A stretch of 37,941 nt of DNA from Dehalococcoidia bacterium (lineage in GTDB: Bacteria; Chloroflexota; Dehalococcoidia; Tepidiformales; Tepidiformaceae), in NCBI GenBank assembly GCA_034428315.1, contig DAOUID010000314.1:1-37941 (forward strand). Reading direction: 5' to 3'. The notes under the pieces were generated by a model. The model was given only the letters and a program-made list of their open reading frames with translations, made no database searches and was not told the DNA's origin. Below, piece after piece: positions 1-13,227 of the stretch (its first letter is position 1; every line of letters starts with the position of its first letter). A program made the position numbers and the translations under genes.

Positions 1-732
1 GTACCGCAAGTAGACCTCGTCCGTCTCCGGGTTCGCGTGGGCCGACATGAGCGCGAGGCGCTTCGCTGTCTCTCGCGTGAGCGCTTCTCCCGCGACCGCC
101 GTCAACGTGTCGGCGCCGCCCACCACCACCGGCCCGAGCGTCACGAACGCCTCGTCGATGGCGTCGAGCGTGTACAGGCCTGCGTAGACCGTGGGACCAC
201 CCTCGACCAGCAGCACCTCCGCCTCGAGCTCCTGCCGCATGTGGCGCAGCATCTCGGCGAACTCGCGCCCCTCCGCGAGCGTGACGACGGGGCGCCCCGT
301 CGCCTCAATCGCCCGACGCCGCTCGGCCGCCGCCGCCTCGGACAGGTAGACCACCGCTGGAAAGTCCCGTGCCGTGAAGAACGGTCGTTCCAGCGGCAGG
401 TCGCCCCCCCGGCTCACGACCGCCGCGATGGGCGTCCGCGGGTTGCCCCGTTCGACCCGGATCGCCTCCAGCGCTTCGTCCCCCAGCCGCGAGGAGGTGC
501 CGCTCGCCCGCAGCGTCCCCGCCCCGTTCAGGACGATGTCCGCGTTCACCCGCAGCTCCCGCATGAGCCGCTGGTCCACCGCCGACCCGATGCCCTGCTC
601 CGTGCCCTCGATCACGCTCTTCCCGTCCGCCGACATCACCGTGTTCGCGATGACGTACGGGCGGTCGGGCGGGGGCGCCGGCAGGTCCAGCGCCGTGTAG
701 TCGGGCTTGCCTGGCGACCAGGCGTCGCTCAT
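1..732 (-). CDS. RibD C-terminal domain / DHFR-like reductase family protein (3' end beyond window)
   Basis: Absent from the ORF track because it leaves the window. My hand translation of the minus strand from ATG (732-730) reads MSDAWSPGKPDYTALDLPAPPPDRPYVIANTVMSADGKSVIEGTEQGIGSAVDQRLMRELRVNADIVLNGAGTLRA...EVLLVEGGPTVYAGLYTLDAIDEAFVTLGPVVVGG. This is the layout of RibD_C / bacterial DHFR-like reductases. ATGA start/stop overlap with hisI. Confidence 0.6.
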   Translation of the reverse strand, partial: MSDAWSPGKPDYTALDLPAPPPDRPYVIANTVMSADGKSVIEGTEQGIGSAVDQRLMRELRVNADIVLNGAGTLRASGTSSRLGDEALEAIRVERGNPRTPIAAVVSRGGDLPLERPFFTARDFPAVVYLSEAAAAERRRAIEATGRPVVTLAEGREFAEMLRHMRQELEAEVLLVEGGPTVYAGLYTLDAIDEAFVTLGPVVVGGADTLTAVAGEALTRETAKRLALMSAHANPETDEVYLRY

Positions 733-1055
733 GGCAGGTCGTGCTCGCGGTCGACCTCGCGGTAGTAGCACGTCACGTTGTTCGTGTGGCACGTCGGCCC
801 CTCGGGTCGCGCCAGCACCAGCAGCGAGTTGTCCTCGCAGTTCTTGTGCAGGCTGACGAAGTTCAGGAAGTTCCCGCTCGTCAGGCCCTTCTCCCAGAGC
901 TCGTCCCGGCTGCGGCTCCAGAACGTCACGTGCCCCGTCGCGAAGGTGTGGTCCAGAGACTCCCGATTCATCCAGCCAAGCATCAGGACCTGGTTCGTCT
1001 CGGCGTCCTGGACGATGGCGGGAATGCGGTCGTGTTCGTCGAAGGTAAGGGGCAT
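729..1055 (-). CDS. hisI: Phosphoribosyl-AMP cyclohydrolase
   Basis: 108-aa ORF with IPAIVQDAETNQVLMLGWMNRESL...GHVTFWSRSRDELWEKG...EDNSLLVLARPEGPTCHTNNVTCYY, typical HisI. Last gene of a his cluster. Confidence 0.9.
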   Translation of the reverse strand: MPLTFDEHDRIPAIVQDAETNQVLMLGWMNRESLDHTFATGHVTFWSRSRDELWEKGLTSGNFLNFVSLHKNCEDNSLLVLARPEGPTCHTNNVTCYYREVDREHDLP

Positions 1056-1128
1056 GGGCGCGCTCCGGGCGTGGCGTGTTCGCTGCTTTCGAGCATACCC
1101 GAGGGAGGCGCTGTGCTCGCGGCGCGGC

Positions 1129-1892
1129 TCAGTCGCGATCGGCCACCGGACGCATCGCGATCCCCTGCTCCGAGAGCGCGTCCTTCACCTCGCGGATCGA
1201 GTACGTCCCGAAGTGGAAGATGCTCGCCGCCAGCACCGCGTCCGCCTTCCCCTCCGTCAGCGCCTCCGCCATGTGGTCGGGCCCGCCCGCGCCCCCGGAG
1301 GCGATGACGGGCACGTTCACGGCCTCGCTCATCGCGCGCAGCATGGGGATGTCGTACCCGCTCTGGTGGCCGTCCGTGTCCATGCTCGTCACGAGCAGCT
1401 CGCCCGCGCCCCGCCCCACCACCTCCCGCGCCCAGGCGATGGCGTCGATGCCCGTGGGCGTGCGCCCCCCGTGCGTGTAGACCTCCCAGCCGTCCCCCAC
1501 CCCCTTCGCGTCGATGGCGACGACGATGCACTGGCTCCCGAAGCGGTAGGCCCCCTCGTTCACGAGGTCCGGGTCGTTCACCGCCGCCGTGTTGATGCTG
1601 ACCTTGTCCGCTCCCAGCTCCAGCATCGTCTTCATGTCCGAGGTCGTGCGGATGCCGCCTCCCACCGTGAACGGGATGAACACCTGGTCCGCCGTCGCTG
1701 ACACCATGTCGTACACGGTTGCGCGGTTGTCCGAGGAGGCCGTGATGTCGAGGAATACGAGCTCGTCCGCTCCCTCGGCGTCGTACAGCTTGGCCAGCTC
1801 GACCGGATCGCCCGCGTCGCGCAGCTCCACGAAGGAGACGCCTTTCACCACGCGCCCGCGGTCCACGTCGAAGCAGGGGATGATCCGCTTCG

Positions 1893-1899
<7 letters not shown>
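1129..1899 (-). CDS. hisF: Imidazole glycerol phosphate synthase cyclase subunit
   Basis: The C-terminal 256 aa of track ORF 1129..2196 read [55 protein letters not shown]...ASIFHFG. The upstream 99 aa are G/R-rich read-through. I place the start at GTG 1899-1897. Confidence 0.92.
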
Positions 1900-5647
<3,748 letters not shown>

Positions 5648-5681
5648 CCCGAAGCCTCCGAACGTCCACAATGGCGCCACC

Positions 5682-6494
5682 ATGAGCGACACCTCCCCGC
5701 GGGACACCTACACCCACGGCCACCACGCGTCGGTTGTCGCCCAGCACAGCCGCCGCACCGCCGAGGAGGCGGCCGCCTTCCTGATTCCCCACCTGCGCCC
5801 CGGGATGCGCCTCCTCGATGTCGGCTGCGGCCCCGGCTCGATCACCGCCGGCCTCGTGAAGTACGTCGCGCCGGGCGAGGTCGTGGGCATCGATGCCGAG
5901 CCTTCCGTCCTCGAGACGGCGCGCGACCTCGCGCAGGGCGTCGACAACCTCAGCTTCGAGGAAGGCAGTGCCTACGCCCTCCCCTACGACGACGGTTCCT
6001 TCGATGTCGCCCATGCCCACCAGCTCATGCAGCACCTCGCCGACCCCGCCGCCGCCCTGCGCGAGATGGGCCGCGTGGTTCGTTCCAGCGGCTACGTGGC
6101 CGCCCGCGACTCCGACTACCAGACGATGATCAGCCACCCCCGCACCGAGGCCATCGAGGAGTGGCGCTCCCTCTACACGGAAGTCGTGCGCCGCAACGGG
6201 GCCGACGCCAACGCGGGGCGGCGCATCGCCTCCTGGATGGCCCGCGCCGGCTTCGAGCAGGTCGAGATCTCGACCACCGTGGCGATCATGCGCGACCCCG
6301 CCGAGGTCCTGAACTGGGGGGACTCCTGGGCGGAGCGGATCACCACCTCCGCGCTCGCCGAGCAGGCGCTCGCTTACGGCCTCGCTACGCGCGACGACCT
6401 GGAGCGCATCGCCGCCGGCTGGCGCGCCTGGGCGCGCGACCCCGAAGCCCTTTTCCTGTTCGTTCACGTCGAGGGCCTGGCCACCCTTCCCTGA
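5682..6494 (+). CDS. Class I SAM-dependent methyltransferase (Methyltransf_11/UbiE-like)
   Basis: 270 aa. Motif I is RLLDVGCGPGSIT. Post-I acidic residue in VVGIDAE. Also DGSFDVAHAHQLMQHL. Substrate not inferable. Confidence 0.8.
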   Translation: MSDTSPRDTYTHGHHASVVAQHSRRTAEEAAAFLIPHLRPGMRLLDVGCGPGSITAGLVKYVAPGEVVGIDAEPSVLETARDLAQGVDNLSFEEGSAYALPYDDGSFDVAHAHQLMQHLADPAAALREMGRVVRSSGYVAARDSDYQTMISHPRTEAIEEWRSLYTEVVRRNGADANAGRRIASWMARAGFEQVEISTTVAIMRDPAEVLNWGDSWAERITTSALAEQALAYGLATRDDLERIAAGWRAWARDPEALFLFVHVEGLATLP

Positions 6495-6591
6495 CCCCTC
6501 CGGGCCACGGGGCTGCCGGGCCGCCTGCCCTATACTGAGTCGCAGCGCCTACTCGTAGAACGCAGGCCAGGCCTGCGACAGGACCGGTCTT

Positions 6592-7653
6592 GTGGCACGC
6601 CTTGGCCCCATCTCGCGGCTCTTCGGCTTCCTGTCCCACGATATCGCCATCGACCTGGGGACGGCGAACACGCTCGTCATGGTCCGGGGCCGCGGCATCG
6701 TCATCATTGAGCCCTCCATTGTCGCCATCGATCGCACCTCCAAGCGCATCCTCGCGATTGGCGAGGAGGCCCAGCGCATGGTCGGCCGCACCCCCGCCAA
6801 CATCGTCGCCGTCCGTCCGCTGCGCGACGGCGTGATCTCCGACTTCGAAGTCACCGAGCGGATGCTCAGCTACTTCATTCGCGCCGTGCAGGACCGCTCC
6901 TTTCTCGCCCAGCCCCGGGTCGTCGTCGGCATTCCCAGCGGCGTGACGGAGGTGGAAAAGCGCGCCGTGCACGACGCCGCCCTGAGCGCGGGCGCCCGCT
7001 CCTGCTTCCTCATCGAGGAGCCCCTCGCTGCCGCCATCGGCTCGGGCCTGCCCGTCATGGAGGCGTCCGGCTGCATGGTCGTCGACATCGGCGGCGGCAC
7101 GACCGAGGTCGCGGTCATCTCCCTCGGGGGCATGGTCGTGAGCCGTTCCATCCGCGTCGCCGGCGACGAGATGGACCGCAGCATCGTCGCCTACGCCCGC
7201 CAGGTGCATAACCTCCTGATCGGCGAGCGCACCGCCGAGGAGGTGAAGAAGGTGGCCGGCTCGGCCGCCCCCCTCGATACCGAGGAGTCCGTCACCCTCC
7301 GCGGTCGCGACCAGGCCACCGGGCTCCCCAAGGCGGTCGAGGTCAGCACCATCGAGCTGCGGGACGCCCTCGCCGGCGCCGTCAGCCAGATTGTCGAGGC
7401 CGTCCGTTCCTCGATCGAGGTCACGCCTCCCGAGCTCGTTAGCGACCTCATGGCCCACGGCATCGCCCTCGCCGGCGGCGGCGCGCTCCTGCGCGGGCTC
7501 GACCGGCGCATCAGCCAGGAGACGCGCTTCCCCGTCTACGTCTCCGAGGACCCGTTGCTCTGCGTCGTCCGTGGCGCCGGCGCCATCTTCGACGAGATCG
7601 AGGCGAGCAGCACGGTCGAGCAGCAGTTCGACTCGGGAAGGGCGCGGCGCTAG
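6592..7653 (+). CDS. mreB: Rod shape-determining actin homolog MreB
   Basis: FGFLSHDIAIDLGTANTLVMVRGRGIVIIEPSIVAID...VVGIPSGVTEVEKRAV...VVDIGGGTTEVAVISLGG. GTG start at 6592; the true start could lie a few codons downstream. Confidence 0.93.
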   Translation: MARLGPISRLFGFLSHDIAIDLGTANTLVMVRGRGIVIIEPSIVAIDRTSKRILAIGEEAQRMVGRTPANIVAVRPLRDGVISDFEVTERMLSYFIRAVQDRSFLAQPRVVVGIPSGVTEVEKRAVHDAALSAGARSCFLIEEPLAAAIGSGLPVMEASGCMVVDIGGGTTEVAVISLGGMVVSRSIRVAGDEMDRSIVAYARQVHNLLIGERTAEEVKKVAGSAAPLDTEESVTLRGRDQATGLPKAVEVSTIELRDALAGAVSQIVEAVRSSIEVTPPELVSDLMAHGIALAGGGALLRGLDRRISQETRFPVYVSEDPLLCVVRGAGAIFDEIEASSTVEQQFDSGRARR

Positions 7654-7671
7654 CCTCGAAACGGTCGCCGC

Positions 7672-8496
7672 ATGCTGTTCTTCAGTCGATACACGTACTG
7701 GGTCGGGGCCATGGTCGCCCTCGCCGTCCTGCTCGCGATCATCGGGCGGGCAGGTTTCCTCGACCCCGTGCAGGATGTCTTCCTGCGCGTCACCGGCCCC
7801 GCCGAGGAGGGAATCTCCTCCGGCTTCCAGCCCGTGGCCGACTTCTTCGGTGACGTCGGCGATGTCGACCGCCTGCAGGAGGAGAACCGCCGCCTCCTGA
7901 GTGAGAACGAGAGCCTCCGCAACGAGAACGCCGCGCTCCGCGCCGACAGCTTCCGCCTCGCCGAGCTCGAGGAAGCCCTCGGGCCGGTCACCGCCGACCC
8001 TGCCGTGGTGCTGCTCACCTCGGGCGTTCTCAGCCGCATCCAGGGACCCCTCACCCGCGAGCTGCGCATCGACCGGGGCTCCAACCACGGCGTTGCGGTG
8101 GGCAACCCCGTTCTCTCCACCCAGGGGACGCTCATCGGCACCGTCACGGAAGCCCTCCCCGGGAGCTCGTTCATCCGCCTCCTGACCGATAGCCGAAGCA
8201 GCGTCGCCGCGCAGGTCCTCGGCAGCCCCGCCGATGGCATCGCCAGGGGCGACGGCGGCGCCATCAGCTTCGATCTCGTCGAGGGCAGCGTGAATATCGG
8301 CGATACCGTCGTGACGTCGGGTCTCGGCGGCGCCTATCCCCCCGACATCCCCATCGGCGAGGTGACGGCCGTCCTCGGCGACTCCCAGGATCCCTTCCCC
8401 ACCGTGCGCCTCCAGACGACCGTGCGGATCTCCACCACGCGCACCGTCCTCGTCATGATCAGCTTCACCCCGGCGCGCTTCGAGGTTGAAGAGTAG
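7672..8496 (+). CDS. mreC: Rod shape-determining protein MreC
   Basis: N-terminal TM helix, then a coiled coil (RLQEENRRLLSENESLRNENAALRAD), then a beta-rich C-terminal domain (GDTVVTSGLGGAYPPDIPIGEV). Position directly after mreB. Confidence 0.82.
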   Translation: MLFFSRYTYWVGAMVALAVLLAIIGRAGFLDPVQDVFLRVTGPAEEGISSGFQPVADFFGDVGDVDRLQEENRRLLSENESLRNENAALRADSFRLAELEEALGPVTADPAVVLLTSGVLSRIQGPLTRELRIDRGSNHGVAVGNPVLSTQGTLIGTVTEALPGSSFIRLLTDSRSSVAAQVLGSPADGIARGDGGAISFDLVEGSVNIGDTVVTSGLGGAYPPDIPIGEVTAVLGDSQDPFPTVRLQTTVRISTTRTVLVMISFTPARFEVEE

Positions 8497-9011
8497 TGCG
8501 GGCCGCGCTACTGGTGCTGCTGATCGTGGCGACCGTCCTCGCCCAGGTCGCCATCGCGCCCTTCTTCCCGCTCGCCGGGGTCGTCGTCGAGCTTCCCGTG
8601 GTAGTCCTGCTCCTCCTGGCCATCTTTGCCGGCCCGGGGGCCGTCATGGTCGGTCTGCCGCTCCTCGTGCTCTTCCTCGGCTTCTCCACCAACGTCGAGT
8701 ACGAGTGGTTGGTGCTCGCCTACCTGCCCCTTCTGCCCTGCGCGGCGTGGATCCAGCGGCAGCGGGCCATCCCCCAGACGCCCTACGCCCTCGCCCTCGT
8801 GATGGCTGTCGGCGCCGCCGTCTGGACCCGCCTGGTCTTCGTCACCGTCGCCATCACCTCCGGCGCGAGCCCCGACCTGGGCTCGCTCGTGACCGGCATC
8901 CTCCTGCCGGGCGTCGCATTCGATGCCGCCCTCCTCTCGGTTAGCTACTTCCTCTGCCGCCAGGTCCGCCTGCCCACCCACTCCCTCGACCTCGAAGAGG
9001 CGGAGTTCTAA
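8496..9011 (+). CDS. mreD: Rod shape-determining protein MreD
   Basis: 171-aa polytopic hydrophobic protein. GTG start overlaps the mreC stop by 1 nt. The call rests mainly on position between mreC and PBP2. Confidence 0.65.
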   Translation: MRAALLVLLIVATVLAQVAIAPFFPLAGVVVELPVVVLLLLAIFAGPGAVMVGLPLLVLFLGFSTNVEYEWLVLAYLPLLPCAAWIQRQRAIPQTPYALALVMAVGAAVWTRLVFVTVAITSGASPDLGSLVTGILLPGVAFDAALLSVSYFLCRQVRLPTHSLDLEEAEF

Positions 9012-9015
9012 CGCG

Positions 9016-10923
9016 ATGAGTCTCGTTGGCGATCGCCGCGTCGACCCCGGCCTCAGCCGCAACCGGCCTCGCGGGAACGTGGGCATTCTGCGCATCGCCG
9101 TGGTCGTGCTCTTCGTCGTTCTTGCGGGGCGGCTGGCCCACATGCAGCTCGTCGATGGCGCCGAGTACGCCGAGCGCTCGGAGCGCAACCGCATCGTCGC
9201 CGAGAGCGTCAGCCCTACCCGGGGCCTGATCTACGACCGCAAGGGACAGCCGCTCGTCACGAACAGCGGCTCCTTCGCCGCCATGATCACCCCGAGCTTC
9301 CTGCCCGAGAGCCCCGCCGATCGCTACCGCCTCTACCTCTACCTTGAGGACCTTCTCGGAGTCCCCGCCCTCCAGATCGAGGAGACCGTGACCACGGCCG
9401 AGGAGCGGGGTCAGCATGACCTCCCCATCCCCATCGCTCGCGCGCTCGACCGGCCCGTCGCCCTCATGCTCCAGCAGGTCGCCGCCGATCTCCCCGGCGT
9501 CACCCTCTCGGTCGAGCCCCGGCGGCTCTACCCCGGCGGCGCCGAATTCAGCCACATCCTCGGGTACGTGGGACCGCAATCGCCCGAGGAGTGGCGCGTC
9601 CTCCAGGAGGACGGATACGCCTTCAACGAGCTGGTCGGCAAGGTCGGCGTCGAGGCGCGCTACGAGGCCGTCCTTCGGGGCATCCCCGGCAACGCGATCC
9701 GGGAAGTCGACGCCCTGGGCGACCTCGTCACCACGATCGAGAGCACCGAGCCCGAGGGCGGCCAGGGCGTCCTCCTCTCCATCGACTCGGACCTGCAGCG
9801 CTACGTGTACGAGCTGCTCACCAACACCATGGGCGAGGCGACCACCGCCGCCGCCGTCGTGATGAGCCCCGTCACGGGCGAGGTCTACGCCATCGTCTCC
9901 GTGCCCACCTACGACAACAACATCTTCTCCCTCCCCGATCCCGGCGAGGAGTACCAGCGGCTGCTGGACGATCCCCGCATCCCCTTGCTGCACCAGGCCC
10001 TCAGCCCGGTTGCCCCCGGGTCCACCTTCAAGATCATCACCGCCGCCGCGGCCCTCGAGGAGGGCAACATCACGCGTTACACCCAGCGCAATGTCGACAG
10101 CACGGTGCTCGAATTCATTGGCGAGGACGGCCAGCCCTACTACTTCTACGATTGGCGCGTCCACGGCGAGCTTGACCTCATCGGCGCAATTTCCTGGTCC
10201 TCCAACATCTACTTCTACATGGCCTCTTGCGGAATCCCCGGCGAGGGAATCGGCGGGCTCGGAGCCAACATCGAGCAGTCGGCCATCGTTCTCGGTTACT
10301 ACGCTCGCAGCTTTGGGCTCGGCCAGGTCACCGGCCTCGACATCGCCAGCACCGAGTCGTCCGGCGTCATCCCCAGCCCCGAGTGGAAGCGCCGTGTCCG
10401 CAGCGGTCCCCTCTTCAACCCCGAGGACCGCGACTGGTACCTCGCCGACACGTGTTTCATGGGCATCGGCCAGGGCGACGTCACGGCCACGCCGCTGCAG
10501 ATCGCGGTCGCGACCGCCGCCATCGCCAACGGTGGCGACCTCCTGAAGCCGTACGTCACCAGGCAGGTTCTCGCCGCCGACGGCTCCGTTGTCTCCACCA
10601 CCGAGCCAACCCGGGAGCGCGTGCCCGTCGATGAGCAGCATCTCGCCGTCATCCGCCAGGGCATGCGCCAGTCCGTCATCGACGGCGCCGCCCGCCTCGC
10701 CGCCCTCCCCGACCTCCTCGTCGCCGGCAAGACCGGAACCGCCGAGTTCGTCGACCCCGAGGACGGCGTCACCAAGGAGCGAGCCTGGTTCACCGGCTTC
10801 GCCCCCTACAACAACCCCCAGGTCGTCGTCACGGTCTTCTATGACCTTGGCGTGGGCGGCACCAAGGCCGCTCCCGTCGCCGCCGACATCATCGGCTTCT
10901 TCATGGAGAACGTGGCGCCATGA
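9016..10923 (+). CDS. mrdA: Penicillin-binding protein 2 (elongasome transpeptidase)
   Basis: From ATG 9016: signal-anchor ILRIAVVVLFVVLAG and a PBP dimerisation region (RGLIYDRKGQPLV). Transpeptidase motifs are STFK, SSN (WSSNIYF) and KTGT (AGKTGTAEF). The track ORF start at 8923 lies inside mreD and is over-extended. Confidence 0.88.
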   Translation: MSLVGDRRVDPGLSRNRPRGNVGILRIAVVVLFVVLAGRLAHMQLVDGAEYAERSERNRIVAESVSPTRGLIYDRKGQPLVTNSGSFAAMITPSFLPESPADRYRLYLYLEDLLGVPALQIEETVTTAEERGQHDLPIPIARALDRPVALMLQQVAADLPGVTLSVEPRRLYPGGAEFSHILGYVGPQSPEEWRVLQEDGYAFNELVGKVGVEARYEAVLRGIPGNAIREVDALGDLVTTIESTEPEGGQGVLLSIDSDLQRYVYELLTNTMGEATTAAAVVMSPVTGEVYAIVSVPTYDNNIFSLPDPGEEYQRLLDDPRIPLLHQALSPVAPGSTFKIITAAAALEEGNITRYTQRNVDSTVLEFIGEDGQPYYFYDWRVHGELDLIGAISWSSNIYFYMASCGIPGEGIGGLGANIEQSAIVLGYYARSFGLGQVTGLDIASTESSGVIPSPEWKRRVRSGPLFNPEDRDWYLADTCFMGIGQGDVTATPLQIAVATAAIANGGDLLKPYVTRQVLAADGSVVSTTEPTRERVPVDEQHLAVIRQGMRQSVIDGAARLAALPDLLVAGKTGTAEFVDPEDGVTKERAWFTGFAPYNNPQVVVTVFYDLGVGGTKAAPVAADIIGFFMENVAP

Positions 10924-12056
10924 GTCGACTCGGAGTCGAGGGCACCCTTCGCGCCTGGGATCGCTTCGATGCGATCCTCGCCCTGGCGGCGCTTGCCCTC
11001 GTCGGCTACGGGCTCGTGCTCATCTACAGCGGCAGCCTCGGCTCCTACGACGGCCCCGCCGTCAGCCTCCAGAATCCCGTCGTGCGGCAGGGCCTCTTCG
11101 CCTTCATCGGCATCGGCGCGATGTTCATCGTCTCGCGGCTCGACTATCACGCCCTCCTGCACTACGCCTGGTGGCTCTACGGGGCCTCCATCCTGCTGCT
11201 TCTCGTCCTCATCCCCATCGGCCAGACCGAGTTCGGCTCGACCCGCTGGTTCGACTTCGGCCCCGTCCAGTTCCAGCCATCCGAGTTCGCCAAGGTCGCG
11301 ACCGTGCTCCTCCTCGCCCGCTTCCTCAGCGAGCAGGGCGGCGACGCCCGCGACCTGCGTGTGCTCGGGGGCTCGCTCGCGATCACCGCTCCCGTGCTCC
11401 TGCTCGTTTTCACCCAGCCCGACCTCGGCACGAGCATCATCTTCGCCGCCATCTGGCTGGGCATGGTCGTCGTCGCGGGCATCCAGCGGCGCCATCTCCT
11501 CTTCTTCGGCGCCGTCTTCCTCGCCCTGCTCCCTTTCCTCTGGACGTTCACGGTCGCCGACTACCAGATCGAGCGCATCTCCGTCCTCCTCGATGCCGAG
11601 GAAGACCCCCTCGACGCCGGCTACAACCCGATCCAGTCGCAGATCGCGGTGGGGTCGGGCCAGCTCTTCGGCAAGGGTCTCACCAACGGCGATCAGACCC
11701 AGCTCGACTTCCTCAAGGTGAAGACCAAGGACTTCATCTTCAGCGTGCTCGGGGAGGAGCTCGGCTTCGTGGGGGCCATGGCCCTCTTCGCCCTCTTCAT
11801 CCTCTTATTGATGCGAGGGATCAGGGCGGCCCAGATCGCGGGCGACGTTCCCGGTCAGCTGGTGGCCTCGGGGATCGTGATCATGATCCTCATGCAGGCC
11901 TACATCAACATCGCCGTGAACCTCAGCATCTTCCCCGTCACCGGCCTCCCCCTCCCCTTCGTGAGCCAGGGCGGCAGCTCCCTTCTCACCCTCTTCATCG
12001 GGCTCGGCGTCATCCAGAGCATCGTCATGCGACACCGCGCCTATCGCCAGTTCTGA
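10920..12056 (+). CDS. rodA: Peptidoglycan glycosyltransferase RodA (SEDS family)
   Basis: 378-aa polytopic protein with QPSEFAKV, FTQPDLGTSIIF and PLPFVSQGGSSLL. ATGA overlap with the mrdA stop. Confidence 0.9.
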   Translation: MSRLGVEGTLRAWDRFDAILALAALALVGYGLVLIYSGSLGSYDGPAVSLQNPVVRQGLFAFIGIGAMFIVSRLDYHALLHYAWWLYGASILLLLVLIPIGQTEFGSTRWFDFGPVQFQPSEFAKVATVLLLARFLSEQGGDARDLRVLGGSLAITAPVLLLVFTQPDLGTSIIFAAIWLGMVVVAGIQRRHLLFFGAVFLALLPFLWTFTVADYQIERISVLLDAEEDPLDAGYNPIQSQIAVGSGQLFGKGLTNGDQTQLDFLKVKTKDFIFSVLGEELGFVGAMALFALFILLLMRGIRAAQIAGDVPGQLVASGIVIMILMQAYINIAVNLSIFPVTGLPLPFVSQGGSSLLTLFIGLGVIQSIVMRHRAYRQF

Positions 12057-12085
12057 AGGCCGCCCCACCCCACCTCCGGGCGCCC

Positions 12086-12116
12086 GGCGACGGAGTGCCT
12101 CCCGTCGCCGTCTTCT
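12086..12116 (+). terminator. Putative intrinsic terminator after rodA
   Basis: Perfect 8-bp stem ggcgacgg (12086-12093) / ccgtcgcc (12102-12109) with an 8-nt loop, followed by gtcttct. The T-tract is short. Confidence 0.4.
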
Positions 12117-12195
12117 AGAGAGCGCCGTGTCCATCCCTGCCGTCCCCGTCCCCGTCGCCGCTCGCGTGAAGCGCCGTTCGCGCTAGGATCGCGAG

Positions 12196-13146
12196 GTGAC
12201 CTTTCCCCCGGACGATCCAGGATCCCCCCCACCACCCGTGTGGTCCCACCTCCTCACCCCGCTCGCCATCCTCCTCGGCGCTGCCGCGATCGTGGTCGCC
12301 GTCATCGTGACCGACGACGGCTCCGAGCCCTCCCCCCCGATCGCCCCCGCCCTCGACTCCCTCTCGGCCTCCGCCGAGTCGCTTTCGGACTCCGCCGAGT
12401 CGCTCTCGGCCTCCGCGGAGACCCTCGCCGTCGCCGCCGAGTCGCTCTCCGAGACCGCCGACCGGATCGTGGCCGCCGCCCAGCAGGGCTCGGACGCTGG
12501 TGGCGGAGCCGCCCAGGGGGCGACCCTTCGCGACGCCCTCGACGGCTACGCCGAGTCCCTCGGGCTCGACCTGGCGAGTTTCGGGCAGTGCGTCCAGTCC
12601 GCCGAAGCGGAGGAGGCGGTCGTGGAACAGCTGCAGCAAGGGGTCGCGCTGGGCGTCAACGGCACCCCCACCTTCTTCATCAACGACAAGTTCATCTCCG
12701 GCGCGCAGCCGGCCTGGGTGTTCGCCGAGGTCATCGCCGCCGAGCTCTCCGGCAGCCCTTCGTCCATCGACGAGTACTCGGACGACCTCCAGGTGCTTGC
12801 CCGCCGCGATCCTCCCGGCCTCGCCATCGTGCCCCAGCGCCCCGATGTCGCCGGCGCCGCCATCGAGGGCAGCCCCGACGCCCGCGTCATGATCGTCGAG
12901 TTCAGCGACTTCCAGTGTCCCTTCTGCCGGCGCTGGTACGACGACACGCTCCCGCAACTCCGCGACCTCATCGGCGATGACGTGGCCCTCGCCTTCGTCC
13001 ACTTCCCCCTGACGCAGATCCACCCCAACGCTCCCGCCGCCCATGTCGCCGCCCACTGCGCCGGGGAACAGGGCAAGTTCTGGGAGATGCACGACCTGCT
13101 CTTCGATCAGCAGGACGCCTGGTCGCGCCTCCCCAACCTCAACTGA
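12196..13146 (+). CDS. DsbA-family thiol:disulfide oxidoreductase (Thioredoxin_4-like), membrane-anchored, apparently circularly permuted
   Basis: GTG start, then TM helix LLTPLAILLGAAAIVVAVIV and a heptad-repeat linker. The segment LGLDLASFGQCVQS...GVNGTPTFFINDKFISGAQP is normally the C-terminal half. It is followed by VMIVEFSDFQCPFCRRW...HFPL...HCAGEQGKFWEMHDLLF, normally the N-terminal CxxC half. Confidence 0.75.
   Translation: MTFPPDDPGSPPPPVWSHLLTPLAILLGAAAIVVAVIVTDDGSEPSPPIAPALDSLSASAESLSDSAESLSASAETLAVAAESLSETADRIVAAAQQGSDAGGGAAQGATLRDALDGYAESLGLDLASFGQCVQSAEAEEAVVEQLQQGVALGVNGTPTFFINDKFISGAQPAWVFAEVIAAELSGSPSSIDEYSDDLQVLARRDPPGLAIVPQRPDVAGAAIEGSPDARVMIVEFSDFQCPFCRRWYDDTLPQLRDLIGDDVALAFVHFPLTQIHPNAPAAHVAAHCAGEQGKFWEMHDLLFDQQDAWSRLPNLN
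12352..12456 (+). repeat. About five imperfect 21-bp tandem repeats inside the DsbA-like gene
   Basis: Units: gccgagtcgctttcggactcc (12373-12393), gccgagtcgctctcggcctcc (12394-12414), gcggagaccctcgccgtcgcc (12415-12435), gccgagtcgctctccgagacc (12436-12456), plus a degenerate unit upstream. They encode the heptads AESLSDS / AESLSAS / AETLAVA / AESLSET. Confidence 0.8.
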
Positions 13147-13227
13147 CCGCCTCAACGCGCCTCGCCCACGCCCCACCCCCTCCGGCGCGGTATCCTGCCC
13201 CGCACATCCGACGAGGAGCGATGCGTT

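Noticed and set aside
6385-12134. Long antisense or alternate-frame ORFs over mreB-rodA (6385..8088-, 8941..10641-, 10589..12118+, 10839..11495- and others)
   Set aside because: All are R/G/P/A-rich with no motifs, and they overlap genes with unambiguous family signatures. They are shadow ORFs of a high-GC genome.
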